From: Candidatus Uhrbacteria bacterium
Lineage (GTDB): Bacteria; Patescibacteriota; Patescibacteriia; UBA9934; GWF2-40-263
Length of the DNA stretch: 64,000 bases
Direction: 5' to 3'
NCBI GenBank assembly: GCA_026395055.1
Contig: JAPLZK010000004.1
Location: forward strand, 82,805 to 146,804
The notes beneath the pieces are model-generated. The model was not told where the DNA came from, made no database searches, and worked only from the letters and a program-made list of their open reading frames with translations. Below, one piece after another: positions 1-9,287 of this stretch (positions are counted from its first letter, which is position 1; the number at the start of each line of letters is the position of its first letter). A program made the translations under genes and the position numbers.

Positions 1-1
1 T

Positions 2-1888
2 TTTCTTTTAGTGAGTTTGTTTCTTGGGCTTTCCATTTGGTTGGTGTCTCATGAGGGAACAGATCGTATTATTCCGACGGGAACAAATGGAATTCTGACA
101 CGTGTCCTTATCTTTGTAATCTTGGTAACCACAATCATTTCTCTTGTCGCGGCGGATTATTGGGTCTTTTGGGTTTTGACAATCGTTGGAGTGCTCTTAC
201 TTACATCGTTCGGATTTCTTCAAACAAAAGAATTCCCAAGTCCACGTAAGTTTTTCTTCCCATTAGTCCTCCTTCTCTTTTCCTTGTTTTTTCTTTTTCT
301 CCCATCTCCGTTCTCGTTTAAACTTCCACTGCTTGTTTCTCCAAGTTTTGGAACAAGTTTGCAAATTGTAAAATCAACACTTACATCTAGAATCCCTTCA
401 CTGTTCTTTGGATCAGGTCCCGGAACATTTTCCTATCAATATTTATTATATAAACCAATTGGTGTAAATGCGTCCCCTCTTTGGTCGTTGGGACTTGATC
501 GCGCATCGTCTGTATTTTTGACACGTCTTTCGGATCTTGGATTATTCGGATCCCTGGTCTGGCTCCTTTGCATGGGGTGGATTGGTTTTCTTGCATTGAA
601 ACGTTTAGTGAATGTACGCAATCACCAAACCTGGAAAATGACGTATGTGTTATTTGTGGGATGGAGCTTATTAATCGTCTCTCAATTTCTTTCCTCTTCA
701 AACGTAACACTTGAGTTCTTGTTGTGGGCATTGAGCGGAATGTTAGTCGCACACCTTCTTTCTTCTGAATGGAAAACAGACTTTGCACGTTCTCCAAAAT
801 TGGGTTTACTCGCATCATTTGCATTCGTTTTTATCTTTACGGGAATGTTTGTCTCCGTCTTGTTGATGGGGGAAAAGTTTCTCGCAGAAAAAGCGTTTGT
901 AAAAGCCGTTGCCCTTGATGCAAAGCAAGCAGATATTCAGGTCGTCATCAAAAATCTTCTTACCGCAACACAATTTAATTCGTTGAGTGATACGTATGCA
1001 CGTAACTTGAGTTTTGCCTTATTGACCCAGGCTTCTCAAAAAATTCAAGCGACAAACGGTCAGAAGATGACCGCAGATCAAACAAAACAAATTTCTCAGA
1101 TCGTGACAGCTTCTGTTCAGGAGGGAACAAGAGCTGTGCAGATGGAACCGAATAAAGTGGGAAACTGGGAAGTGCTTGGATCGCTTTACCGTGAAGTGAT
1201 GCCGTATGCGCAAAACGCAGAGGATCTTTCTGCAAATGCCTTTACAAATGCGATTCATTTGGAACCAATCAATCCAGCGCATCCTGTGGATCTTGCGCGT
1301 GTGTATCTTGCTGTTTCAGAACGAGCAAAAGCGCTTAAGGCCTCAAAAGATGCGACGCAGGCTAAAGCAGCCGGAGATCAAGAGCAAAAATTACTTGCAT
1401 CTGCAGAAGACATGTTGAACCAAGCCATTAAATTGAAAGGGGATTATCTTCCGGCGCATTATTACCTTGCCGCAACGTATGAGCGTGAGGGAAAGATTGA
1501 TCAAGCAACAGCACGTTTGGTTGCGCTCACCAAAAACTCTCCAACAGATGTTGGTCTTGGATTTGAACTTGCACAGTTATATATCCGAACCAAAAACTTT
1601 GATGGGGCAAGACAAGAGTTGGAGCGATTGATCGTTGTGAATCCAAAATATGCGAATGCACTTTGGTATCTTGCAAGCGTTTACGAAATTCAAGGAAATC
1701 ATGACAAAGCAATTGAGCTCGTTAAGAAAGTGGTCGATTTAAATCCAGACAGTAAAGTTGCACAAGATCGTTTGCAGAAATTACAGGCCGGACAAACAAC
1801 AACGGCTATTCCAGAGCCGATTGCACAAGATGGTTCCGCAACGACAGATGCGGGAACTCCTGCTCCGCAGGATCCAAAAAAGAAATAA
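2..1888 (+). CDS. Polytopic membrane protein (O-antigen ligase-like GSGPGTF loop) with C-terminal TPR repeats; 5' end probably outside window
   Basis: Frame open to window edge; many TM segments; FFGSGPGTF motif; TPR-like helices (AHYYLAATY, LGFELAQLY, ALWYLASVY). Confidence 0.7.
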   Translation, partial: FLLVSLFLGLSIWLVSHEGTDRIIPTGTNGILTRVLIFVILVTTIISLVAADYWVFWVLTIVGVLLLTSFGFLQTKEFPSPRKFFFPLVLLLFSLFFLFLPSPFSFKLPLLVSPSFGTSLQIVKSTLTSRIPSLFFGSGPGTFSYQYLLYKPIGVNASPLWSLGLDRASSVFLTRLSDLGLFGSLVWLLCMGWIGFLALKRLVNVRNHQTWKMTYVLFVGWSLLIVSQFLSSSNVTLEFLLWALSGMLVAHLLSSEWKTDFARSPKLGLLASFAFVFIFTGMFVSVLLMGEKFLAEKAFVKAVALDAKQADIQVVIKNLLTATQFNSLSDTYARNLSFALLTQASQKIQATNGQKMTADQTKQISQIVTASVQEGTRAVQMEPNKVGNWEVLGSLYREVMPYAQNAEDLSANAFTNAIHLEPINPAHPVDLARVYLAVSERAKALKASKDATQAKAAGDQEQKLLASAEDMLNQAIKLKGDYLPAHYYLAATYEREGKIDQATARLVALTKNSPTDVGLGFELAQLYIRTKNFDGARQELERLIVVNPKYANALWYLASVYEIQGNHDKAIELVKKVVDLNPDSKVAQDRLQKLQAGQTTTAIPEPIAQDGSATTDAGTPAPQDPKKK

Positions 1889-1889
1889 C

Positions 1890-1920
1890 AAAAACCCCTC
1901 TGAATTTCAGAGGGATTTTT
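1890..1920. terminator. Bidirectional intrinsic terminator
   Basis: aaaaac-ccctctgaa-t-ttcagaggg-attttt between convergent genes. Confidence 0.75.
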
Positions 1921-3062
1921 TATACAGGCATTGCGGTTGATTTTTTGAGGTGCTCAATAAGTTCATGTTCTGTTTGCGCGATGGTTTTATTTGGGAAGGT
2001 GAGTCGGGCTTCTTCGTGTGTTCCTGATGCGTGGAATGGAGCGCAGAGCGCGATGGCATCAAGGGGGCGCTCTGTTCGGACAATCGCTTTTATTTCGTGT
2101 TGTGCGGTCTCGAAAACAAGAACCGTGATACGCGCATTTGGGGAAGAAGAAAGAAGCTCGTCGATGACATCTGGAAGATCTTGTTCTTCTGCGCCTGCAT
2201 GCATGAAGTCTTGTGCAGAAAGCATGGTCCACACAATATGCGCGTGTTCATCTGTTTTAAGACGCGCAAGGGCACGTCCCCAAAGACGAAGAGTGGATAC
2301 AGATCGTGTGCGATACAAATGTTGAATAATGTGTTCGCGTTTTGCTCCACGTGCTATAAGCTTGCTTGCGGTTTGCAATGTTTTTGGGGTGACGTTTTTT
2401 GTCTTGAAACTTTTTGTTTTTGAAATCATGCCTGTTAAGAATGCGGTTGCAATCTCATCGTCCATAAGTCCGGGTTCGATTGCTTCGATGAGGTCATGAC
2501 AAACTTCACCACAGGCGGATGCGGTTAAATCAACGATGTTGATCTGACCGTAGTGTTCGTTTTCTGGTGTGTGATCAATGTTGATGATTGGAGTGCGGAA
2601 AAAGAAGTCTGTATTTTCTTGGTAAAGTTGCGCGCAAGATTCGTAATCAGGGGAGCCGATACAAATAATGAGATCGTGTTTGTATCCAGAGGCGGAAGTT
2701 TTAACGTCGGACGCATCCCAGAACCCTTTCTTTGGAGAAAGATAGACAAACAGCTTTTCGCCTTTCAATTCATACGTGAGTTCATCTACTTTTGTTTTGG
2801 ATGCATCGAGTTCGATAACGAACTGACGCAAGTTTTCCATGTTGTGCAGAATTTTTTCGTGTCCAGAAAGGAAATGAATATTTTTTGGAGCGGCGCCGTC
2901 GGCCGCAACGATGGTTGGGTGTTTTTCGAGTTTTTCGAGAACGCGTGCAAGTCCAATTGCTGACGCGTAATGATCTGCGCTCGCCCCTGACGGAACGCAA
3001 ATAAGCGGACGTGTACTCCGTTTAAAGGCTTCTAAAATTTGTTGGGATTGCGCGAGGGCCAT
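1920..3062 (-). CDS. DHH/NrnA-like phosphoesterase family protein with degenerate motifs
   Basis: Start MALAQSQ at 3062; IINIDHT, ASACGEV, LWGRALARL, DHHA1-like C-terminus. Confidence 0.75.
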   Translation of the reverse strand: MALAQSQQILEAFKRSTRPLICVPSGASADHYASAIGLARVLEKLEKHPTIVAADGAAPKNIHFLSGHEKILHNMENLRQFVIELDASKTKVDELTYELKGEKLFVYLSPKKGFWDASDVKTSASGYKHDLIICIGSPDYESCAQLYQENTDFFFRTPIINIDHTPENEHYGQINIVDLTASACGEVCHDLIEAIEPGLMDDEIATAFLTGMISKTKSFKTKNVTPKTLQTASKLIARGAKREHIIQHLYRTRSVSTLRLWGRALARLKTDEHAHIVWTMLSAQDFMHAGAEEQDLPDVIDELLSSSPNARITVLVFETAQHEIKAIVRTERPLDAIALCAPFHASGTHEEARLTFPNKTIAQTEHELIEHLKKSTAMPV

Positions 3063-3217
3063 GTTGTTTGTACAAGGGGAAAAAGAGAGAAAGGGTTCTT
3101 GGAAACCTTTCCCGACAAGCATGGGAATCACGAACTTTAACCTGATAAATGAAATGCGTCAAGGGATATCAACAATCACATGAATAAATAAAAAAGCCCC
3201 ATTTTGTGGGGCGAGGA

Positions 3218-6200
3218 TTAGAAGCTGAGACTGTGAATGATGTAGATCATTCCGTCAGATGTTTTAGCGAAGCTGTGGTATGGAGCTGTGATAACGATAT
3301 CTTTATAACCATCATGGTTCGCATCTCCTCGCAATGTACAGCCACGTCCGAGTTGGTCGAGTTTTAATTCGCCACTCCATTTTGCGACCGTCGGATCCGT
3401 AAGGCTGCTCGTCAGTGCATTAGAGGATCCTGTAAGGAGATAGGAAGCACCGTGATTGCTTCCAATGTCGATGTTTCCAAGAGATGTAATCAGAATGTCA
3501 TCTTTTCCATCTCCATTTGTGTCACCAATAGCGCTACATAGTCCGACTTCGTCGTAATCTGTTTCCCCAATCCACTTTGTGTTTGCGCCGGAAAGAACCT
3601 TACTTACTGGGATGGGGGAGCCAAAGATGAGGTAAGCGGCTCCAGCATGGAGTCCAGCTTTATTTGTGTTACCAGGAGCGCCAATGAGGATGTCTGATTT
3701 TCCATCTCCATTTACGTCTCCTGTACTGATGCTGAAACCCGCTTGGTCGCTTTCGAATTCTCCTGTCCAAATGGCTGTTGATCCTGAGAGGCTTCCGCCA
3801 ACAGGGTTTGCAGAGCCGAGAATGAGACATACGGCTCCCGTTCCATTTGCGGCGTTGTCCGTTGTTTGAATCCAGATAAGCGGATCCTTTTTTCCGTCAC
3901 CATTGAAATCAGCGGTACAGTCTACGACCATTCCAGCCTGATCTTTTTTGGCGATGCCCGTCCATGTTGCTGACGCATCAGACAGGTTTCCGCTCACGGG
4001 ATTCTTTGTGCCGAGCACAAGAGAGACAGAACCGGCATTGTTGCCCGGTGCTCCAATAAGGACATCATCGAAGCCATCTCCGTTTACATCACCCGCGCTG
4101 ATATCGAAACCCGCCTGGTCTCCGAATGACGTTCCGATCCATTTCGCATCCGCGTTGGAAAGGCTTCCACCGACAGGATTTGCGGATCCCAAAATGAGAT
4201 AGACGCAGCCAGTGTTGTTGCAAAAGGGTGCGCTGGTAAGGATGTCGTCCTTTCCGTCCCCATTCACATCACCTGTGCTTACGCGAAAGCCTGCGTTGTC
4301 GTTTGCGGCTTCGCCCGTCCATTTTACGTTTGCGTCATCGAGTGAAAGATCACCAGATGGCACGGGTCCCCAAAAAAGATAGATCGCGCCTGCGTCTGCG
4401 CCTGTAGCTGAGTCGTGTTTGACGCCGATCACGAGATCATCTTTTCCATCCCCATTCACGTCGCCAAACGCGATCGTGTCCAGGTACAGTTTGCTCGCGT
4501 TTCCGTGAATTTTTGTTTGAGCTGCGGCAATGGATTGCGCGCCGCTCAGTTTGCACTGATTCACACCCCCGTCACAGTTGTCGTCCACACCATTATTGCA
4601 GATCTCGAGAGCTCCCGGATGAATGGAGGCGTTTGTGTCAGAACAATCGGTTGCGTTTTCAACATATCCCGGGGGTTGTGAACAATCTTGTTTGGATTGT
4701 TTTGCATCTCCAAAACCGTCTTTGTCGGCATCCAAGTACCACGTGACGATTTTTGTGTCTGTGTCTGTGATCCCATTGCAGTCATTGTCGATTCCGTCTT
4801 TGCAGATCTCGATCGCATTCGGATGAATGAGTGGATTTGCATCATCGCAATCAGCTTTGTTTGCTGTATATCCAGTTGGTGTTGCACAGGCGTAGATCGA
4901 GATGGCTGCATTCCCGTATCCGTCTTTGTCGGCATCGAGATACCAAAGTGATGCTTCGATCGCGTTATCTGTGATTCCGTCACAGTTTTCATCGATCTTG
5001 TTGTCGCACAGTTCAATGGCGTTTGGATGAATGGTTTTCTTTCCGTCGTTACAGTCCGCGCTGTTTGTCACGTATCCGATTGGGGCCGTGCATCCCGTGA
5101 CGTCTTTCGACAGATCTCCGTATCCATCTGTATCGCCGTCGAAGTAGTACGTGATGAGTTCACCTTCGTCCGTTTGTCCGTTGCAGTTGTCGTCAACGTT
5201 GTTACATTTCTCGAGCGCATTCGGATGAACGAGTTTATCGAGATCATTGCAGTCGTCACTGTTTTCTACGGTGCCACTTGGTGCGCTGCACGCTTTTTGT
5301 GTGACAAGTGGGTTACCGTAACCATCTTGATCTACATCCGTAAAGAAAACCGTTTGCACACCTTCGTCGGTTTGCCCATCGCAATTATCGTCGAGTTGAT
5401 TGCAAACTTCTTTGGCGTTCGGAGCAATGGAGTTTGAATCGTCATTGCAGTCAAGCTTGTTGCCAGCAAAACCAGGAGGTTTTGTGCAGGCAACTTTTGT
5501 GCTCAGGGCAAAGCCGAATCCATCTTGATCAGAATCTGCATACCATGTTTTTGCATCTACGGCGGTCGATTCGTCTGTTTTTCCGTTACAATCGTCGTCG
5601 ATTCCATTGCAGAATTCCGGCGCGTTTGGATAAACGGATGCATTCGTGTCATCGCAATCCAATGCATTTGTTACGTCATGTGGAAGTGGTGTACAGGTTA
5701 TTTTTTTTGTCCCCGCACCTCCAAATCCATCATGGTCTTCGTCTGCGTAGAACGTTGTCTTGATTCCTTCATCCGTCTGCCCATTGCAGTCGTTGTCGAG
5801 ATCATCACAAATTTCTGTGCTCTTGTTTCCGTCTGTCGAACAAACGGTGTTCAAGTGATCTGTCGAACACTGCATGGTTCCGCCGGAGCACGCTCCCGTT
5901 CCACAGCTCTCGCCGAGGTTTTGGAATGTTTCGTCGGTTTTCCCGTTGCAATCGTTGTCGAGCCCGTCACAAATTTCTGTGCTCTTGTTTCCGTCTGTCG
6001 AACAAACGGTGTTCAAGTGATCTGTCGAACACTGCATGGTTCCGCCGGAGCACGCTCCCGTTCCACAGCTTTCGCCGAGGTTTTGGAATGTTTCGTCGGT
6101 CTTCCCATTGCAGTCGTTGTCGAGCCCGTCACAAATTTCTGTTGCGCCTGAATGCACGCTCGTGCGCGTATCGTCGCAATCGTTGTTTGTGATGGTGGTT

Positions 6201-6442
6201 CCGGTTGGTTGATCGCAGGCGATGATTTTTTCGCCCGCACCAAGTCCGTCGTGGTCAAAGTCGTGATACCAGATGCGGATTCCAACCTTTGGATCGTGAT
6301 CATCACAATCGTTTGGGCGGGGGATTCCGTCGTGGTCAACATCCATTCGTTTGCTCCAAAGAGCGTCGGAAACGAACGGAGAGATTTTTTCGCACCCAAT
6401 CGACAAGATTGAGAGAAGGAGAATAAACAGTCGTGTATGCAC
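3218..6442 (-). CDS. Secreted lipoprotein with MopE-type putative metal-binding Cys/Asp repeats and C-terminal FG-GAP (integrin-alpha-like) beta-propeller
   Basis: Lipobox-like LSIGC; repeated DCDD..HPNAxExCxxxDxDCxG; repeated GDVNGDGKDDILIGAP; GTG start after GGAGGT. Confidence 0.85.
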   Translation of the reverse strand: MHTRLFILLLSILSIGCEKISPFVSDALWSKRMDVDHDGIPRPNDCDDHDPKVGIRIWYHDFDHDGLGAGEKIIACDQPTGTTITNNDCDDTRTSVHSGATEICDGLDNDCNGKTDETFQNLGESCGTGACSGGTMQCSTDHLNTVCSTDGNKSTEICDGLDNDCNGKTDETFQNLGESCGTGACSGGTMQCSTDHLNTVCSTDGNKSTEICDDLDNDCNGQTDEGIKTTFYADEDHDGFGGAGTKKITCTPLPHDVTNALDCDDTNASVYPNAPEFCNGIDDDCNGKTDESTAVDAKTWYADSDQDGFGFALSTKVACTKPPGFAGNKLDCNDDSNSIAPNAKEVCNQLDDNCDGQTDEGVQTVFFTDVDQDGYGNPLVTQKACSAPSGTVENSDDCNDLDKLVHPNALEKCNNVDDNCNGQTDEGELITYYFDGDTDGYGDLSKDVTGCTAPIGYVTNSADCNDGKKTIHPNAIELCDNKIDENCDGITDNAIEASLWYLDADKDGYGNAAISIYACATPTGYTANKADCDDANPLIHPNAIEICKDGIDNDCNGITDTDTKIVTWYLDADKDGFGDAKQSKQDCSQPPGYVENATDCSDTNASIHPGALEICNNGVDDNCDGGVNQCKLSGAQSIAAAQTKIHGNASKLYLDTIAFGDVNGDGKDDLVIGVKHDSATGADAGAIYLFWGPVPSGDLSLDDANVKWTGEAANDNAGFRVSTGDVNGDGKDDILTSAPFCNNTGCVYLILGSANPVGGSLSNADAKWIGTSFGDQAGFDISAGDVNGDGFDDVLIGAPGNNAGSVSLVLGTKNPVSGNLSDASATWTGIAKKDQAGMVVDCTADFNGDGKKDPLIWIQTTDNAANGTGAVCLILGSANPVGGSLSGSTAIWTGEFESDQAGFSISTGDVNGDGKSDILIGAPGNTNKAGLHAGAAYLIFGSPIPVSKVLSGANTKWIGETDYDEVGLCSAIGDTNGDGKDDILITSLGNIDIGSNHGASYLLTGSSNALTSSLTDPTVAKWSGELKLDQLGRGCTLRGDANHDGYKDIVITAPYHSFAKTSDGMIYIIHSLSF
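5805..6142. repeat. 162-nt (54-codon) near-perfect tandem duplication within the MopE/FG-GAP gene
   Basis: tcacaaatttctgt recurs at 5805, 5967 and 6129; peptide EICDGLDNDC...DGNKST occurs twice. Confidence 0.95.
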
Positions 6443-6553
6443 GCGACCTCCATTTGGTTGCTAAAGAACGTGCGTGCATATTCTCATAAAAATCGACGTT
6501 GTCAAGCGAGATGTGTTGCAATTCAAGCCATTTTTTCGTACACTTCGTTTACT

Positions 6554-9226
6554 ATGTCGAATACAGAAATGCCAAAAGCGTACGAATCAAAGCTGTACGA
6601 AGATGAAATTTACGCCGCCTGGGAGAAAAGCGGATTTTTTAATCCCGACAATCTGGTTGGGGAGCCTTATTCCATCATGATGCCACCCCCAAACGTGACG
6701 GGTGTTTTGCATTTGGGTCACGCGCTTGAAAACGCTTTGATGGATGCGATGGCGCGCTACCAACGTTTGAACGGAAAAAAAGTTTTGCTCGTGCCGGGAA
6801 CGGATCACGCTGCACTTCCAACGCAGGCAAAAGTTGAAAAGATGTTGATGGAAGGTGGAATGAAAAATCCTCGCCAAGAATTAGGACGTGAAAAACTGGT
6901 TGAAAAGATTCGTGAATTTGCGGAAAGCTCACGTGCAACCATTTTGGGACAAGTCAAAAAAATGGGAACGAGCTGTGATTGGTCGCGTCTCGCATATACA
7001 TTCGATGCACCTCGCAACATTGCCGTGAACGAATTGTTTCGCCAAATGTATAACGATGGACTCATCTATCGCGGGTATCGCGTCGTAAACTGGTCGACGA
7101 AGGGTCAGTCAACCTGTTCTGACGATGAAATTGAATACATCGAACGTGCGAGTGTTTTATATACCTTCAAATACAGTAAAGATTTTCCGATTACGATTGC
7201 AACAACACGACCAGAAACAAAATTAGGTGACACGGCTGTCGCGGTTCATCCGGGTGACGAGCGTTATCAGAAATACATCGGACAAATATTTACGGTGGAT
7301 GTTGGGGCAGAGAAACCGCTCGAGATTAAAGTTATTGCGGATGAAGGTGTTGATCCAACATTTGGAACGGGAGCCCTTGGTGTCACTCCCGCACATAGTC
7401 CTGTTGATTTTTTGATGTACGAAAAACAAAAAGCAAGTGGAAATCCAATCGGACTGATTCAAGTCATTGGGGTTGATGGTCACATGACAAAGGAAGCAGG
7501 GTCCTATGCAGGGCTCACGGTTGAGGATGCACGTGCGAAGTTTGTTGGCTGGCTTTCGGAGCAAGGGCTTCTCGAGAAGGAACCAGAAGAGATTGTCCAA
7601 AATGTTGGAACATCGGATCGTTTCAAAGATGTGATCGAATCTCTGCCCATGACGCAGTGGTGGCTTGATGTGCAGAAAATCATTCCTTCAAAAGGAAAGA
7701 GTTTGAAAGATCTCATGGCAGAAGCTCTGACGACCGGACTCAATGGAAACACAGAACAAAAAGTAACTATTACTCCAGAACGATTTACAAAATTATATTT
7801 GCATCGCGTTGAAAATTTGCGTGACTGGTGTTTGTCCCGCCAAACATGGTGGGGGCACAGAATTCCGGTTTGGTATCGCGGTAAAGAAACATTTGTCGGC
7901 AACGGAACTCCGGAAGGAGAGGGGTGGGAGCAAGATCCTGATACACTCGACACCTGGTTTTCCTCCGGTTCTTGGACATTCTCAACATTGGGCTGGCCAG
8001 AACAGACTGTCGATCTGAAATCATTTCATCCAACAAACTGGATGCAAATGGGATATGAGATTTTGTATTTGTGGCTCATGCGCATGGTGCTCATGAGTAC
8101 GTATGCGCTTGGCGAGATTCCATTTAAAGATGCGTACATTCATGGAATGCTTCGTAATGAAGCGGGAAAGAAATTCTCAAAGTCGGATGCGAATGGAATT
8201 GATCCGCTCGACATCATTGAAAAATATGGATGTGACGCGCTTCGTTTGTGTGTTCTCTCGGGGAACACACCAGGAAACGATTCTCGTTTCTCGGCGGAGA
8301 AAATCGAAAGCTCTCGCAACTTTGTAAACAAGATGTGGAACGTCTCTCGTTTTATTTTGATGTCTATCGGATCCGATGTTCTCCCTCCTTCACAAGGAGG
8401 GGGTGAGGGGGTGGTCGCGCCCGCAACGGTTGCGGATCACTGGATCCTCGGCCGCCTCGAAACGGTCACGAATCAAACAGGAAAGCTTATTGAACAATTT
8501 GATTTCTCTCTTGCGATCGAAACGCTTCGAGAGTTTATTTGGAATGATTTCGCGGACTGGTATCTCGAGATTGCAAAGATTCAACAGAAGGACGAGACGC
8601 TTCGAACTTCGACAAACGAAATTCTTTTGTATGTTTTGAAGCAAAGTCTTGTTTTGTGTCATCCATTCATGCCGTTTGTGACAGAAGCCATCTGGAAAGA
8701 ATTTGGAACAGGTTCGTTCGTCATGGTCTCGACGTGGCCAAAGGTCACAGGACTCTTTGATGAATCATCCGAGAAACAACTTGTCGCATTGCAAGAATTA
8801 ATTATCGCGATTCGCAACGTTCGTTCACAAAACAAAATCGAACCAAAGAAATTGATGGATGTGGTGTTTGTTGTGAATAACGCATCTCGAGAATTTATTG
8901 AATCAAACCGTGAGGTGATCAGTGCTCTTGCACGAGTGAATTCAGACTTTGCTCTCGTCGAGAAATACGAAGCGGCGACAACGGATGTGTCTGTTGTGAG
9001 GAAAGATGTTTCGGTATTTGTCAAAATGGAAACGGTCGTGGATCCGGTGAAAGAAAAAGCTCGTATTGAGAAAGAGGTGATTGAACTGACAACCTATCTT
9101 GTGTCCGTCGCGCAAAAACTTTCGAACGAAGAATTTCGTTCCAAGGCTCCGGAAAAGATTATTATGTCTATGGAAGAGAAACAACGGGAAGCACAAGCTA
9201 AATTGGATGCGCTTCGAAAATCATAA
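6554..9226 (+). CDS. valS: Valine--tRNA ligase
   Basis: PPPNVTGVLHLGH, TTRPET, DWCLSRQ, DTWFSS, KFSKS, C-terminal coiled coil; start MSNTEMPK. Confidence 0.97.
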   Translation: MSNTEMPKAYESKLYEDEIYAAWEKSGFFNPDNLVGEPYSIMMPPPNVTGVLHLGHALENALMDAMARYQRLNGKKVLLVPGTDHAALPTQAKVEKMLMEGGMKNPRQELGREKLVEKIREFAESSRATILGQVKKMGTSCDWSRLAYTFDAPRNIAVNELFRQMYNDGLIYRGYRVVNWSTKGQSTCSDDEIEYIERASVLYTFKYSKDFPITIATTRPETKLGDTAVAVHPGDERYQKYIGQIFTVDVGAEKPLEIKVIADEGVDPTFGTGALGVTPAHSPVDFLMYEKQKASGNPIGLIQVIGVDGHMTKEAGSYAGLTVEDARAKFVGWLSEQGLLEKEPEEIVQNVGTSDRFKDVIESLPMTQWWLDVQKIIPSKGKSLKDLMAEALTTGLNGNTEQKVTITPERFTKLYLHRVENLRDWCLSRQTWWGHRIPVWYRGKETFVGNGTPEGEGWEQDPDTLDTWFSSGSWTFSTLGWPEQTVDLKSFHPTNWMQMGYEILYLWLMRMVLMSTYALGEIPFKDAYIHGMLRNEAGKKFSKSDANGIDPLDIIEKYGCDALRLCVLSGNTPGNDSRFSAEKIESSRNFVNKMWNVSRFILMSIGSDVLPPSQGGGEGVVAPATVADHWILGRLETVTNQTGKLIEQFDFSLAIETLREFIWNDFADWYLEIAKIQQKDETLRTSTNEILLYVLKQSLVLCHPFMPFVTEAIWKEFGTGSFVMVSTWPKVTGLFDESSEKQLVALQELIIAIRNVRSQNKIEPKKLMDVVFVVNNASREFIESNREVISALARVNSDFALVEKYEAATTDVSVVRKDVSVFVKMETVVDPVKEKARIEKEVIELTTYLVSVAQKLSNEEFRSKAPEKIIMSMEEKQREAQAKLDALRKS
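8381..8416. repeat. Short palindromic element in frame within valS
   Basis: ctccctccttcacaaggagggggtgagggggtggtc; inverse copy at 52602-52636. Confidence 0.8.
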
Positions 9227-9240
9227 CCCTCTATAAACGC

Positions 9241-9283
9241 GAGATCCTTCGACTCGTCGATGACTCCTCGCTCAGGATGACAC
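9241..9283. repeat. REP-like palindromic element
   Basis: gagatccttcgactcgtcgatgactcctcgctcaggatgacac; reverse complement shares gaggagtcatcgacga with the 26766 element. Confidence 0.7.
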
Positions 9284-9287
9284 AATT

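Noticed and set aside
5805-6142. DGR template/variable repeat pair
   Set aside because: Tandem in-frame copies with synonymous differences; no reverse transcriptase in the window
6437-6553. Upstream extensions in the ORF track (valS, also yidC, groEL, matrixin, AmpG-like)
   Set aside because: Homology-like sequence begins at later ATGs; extensions cross promoters, repeats or neighbouring genes
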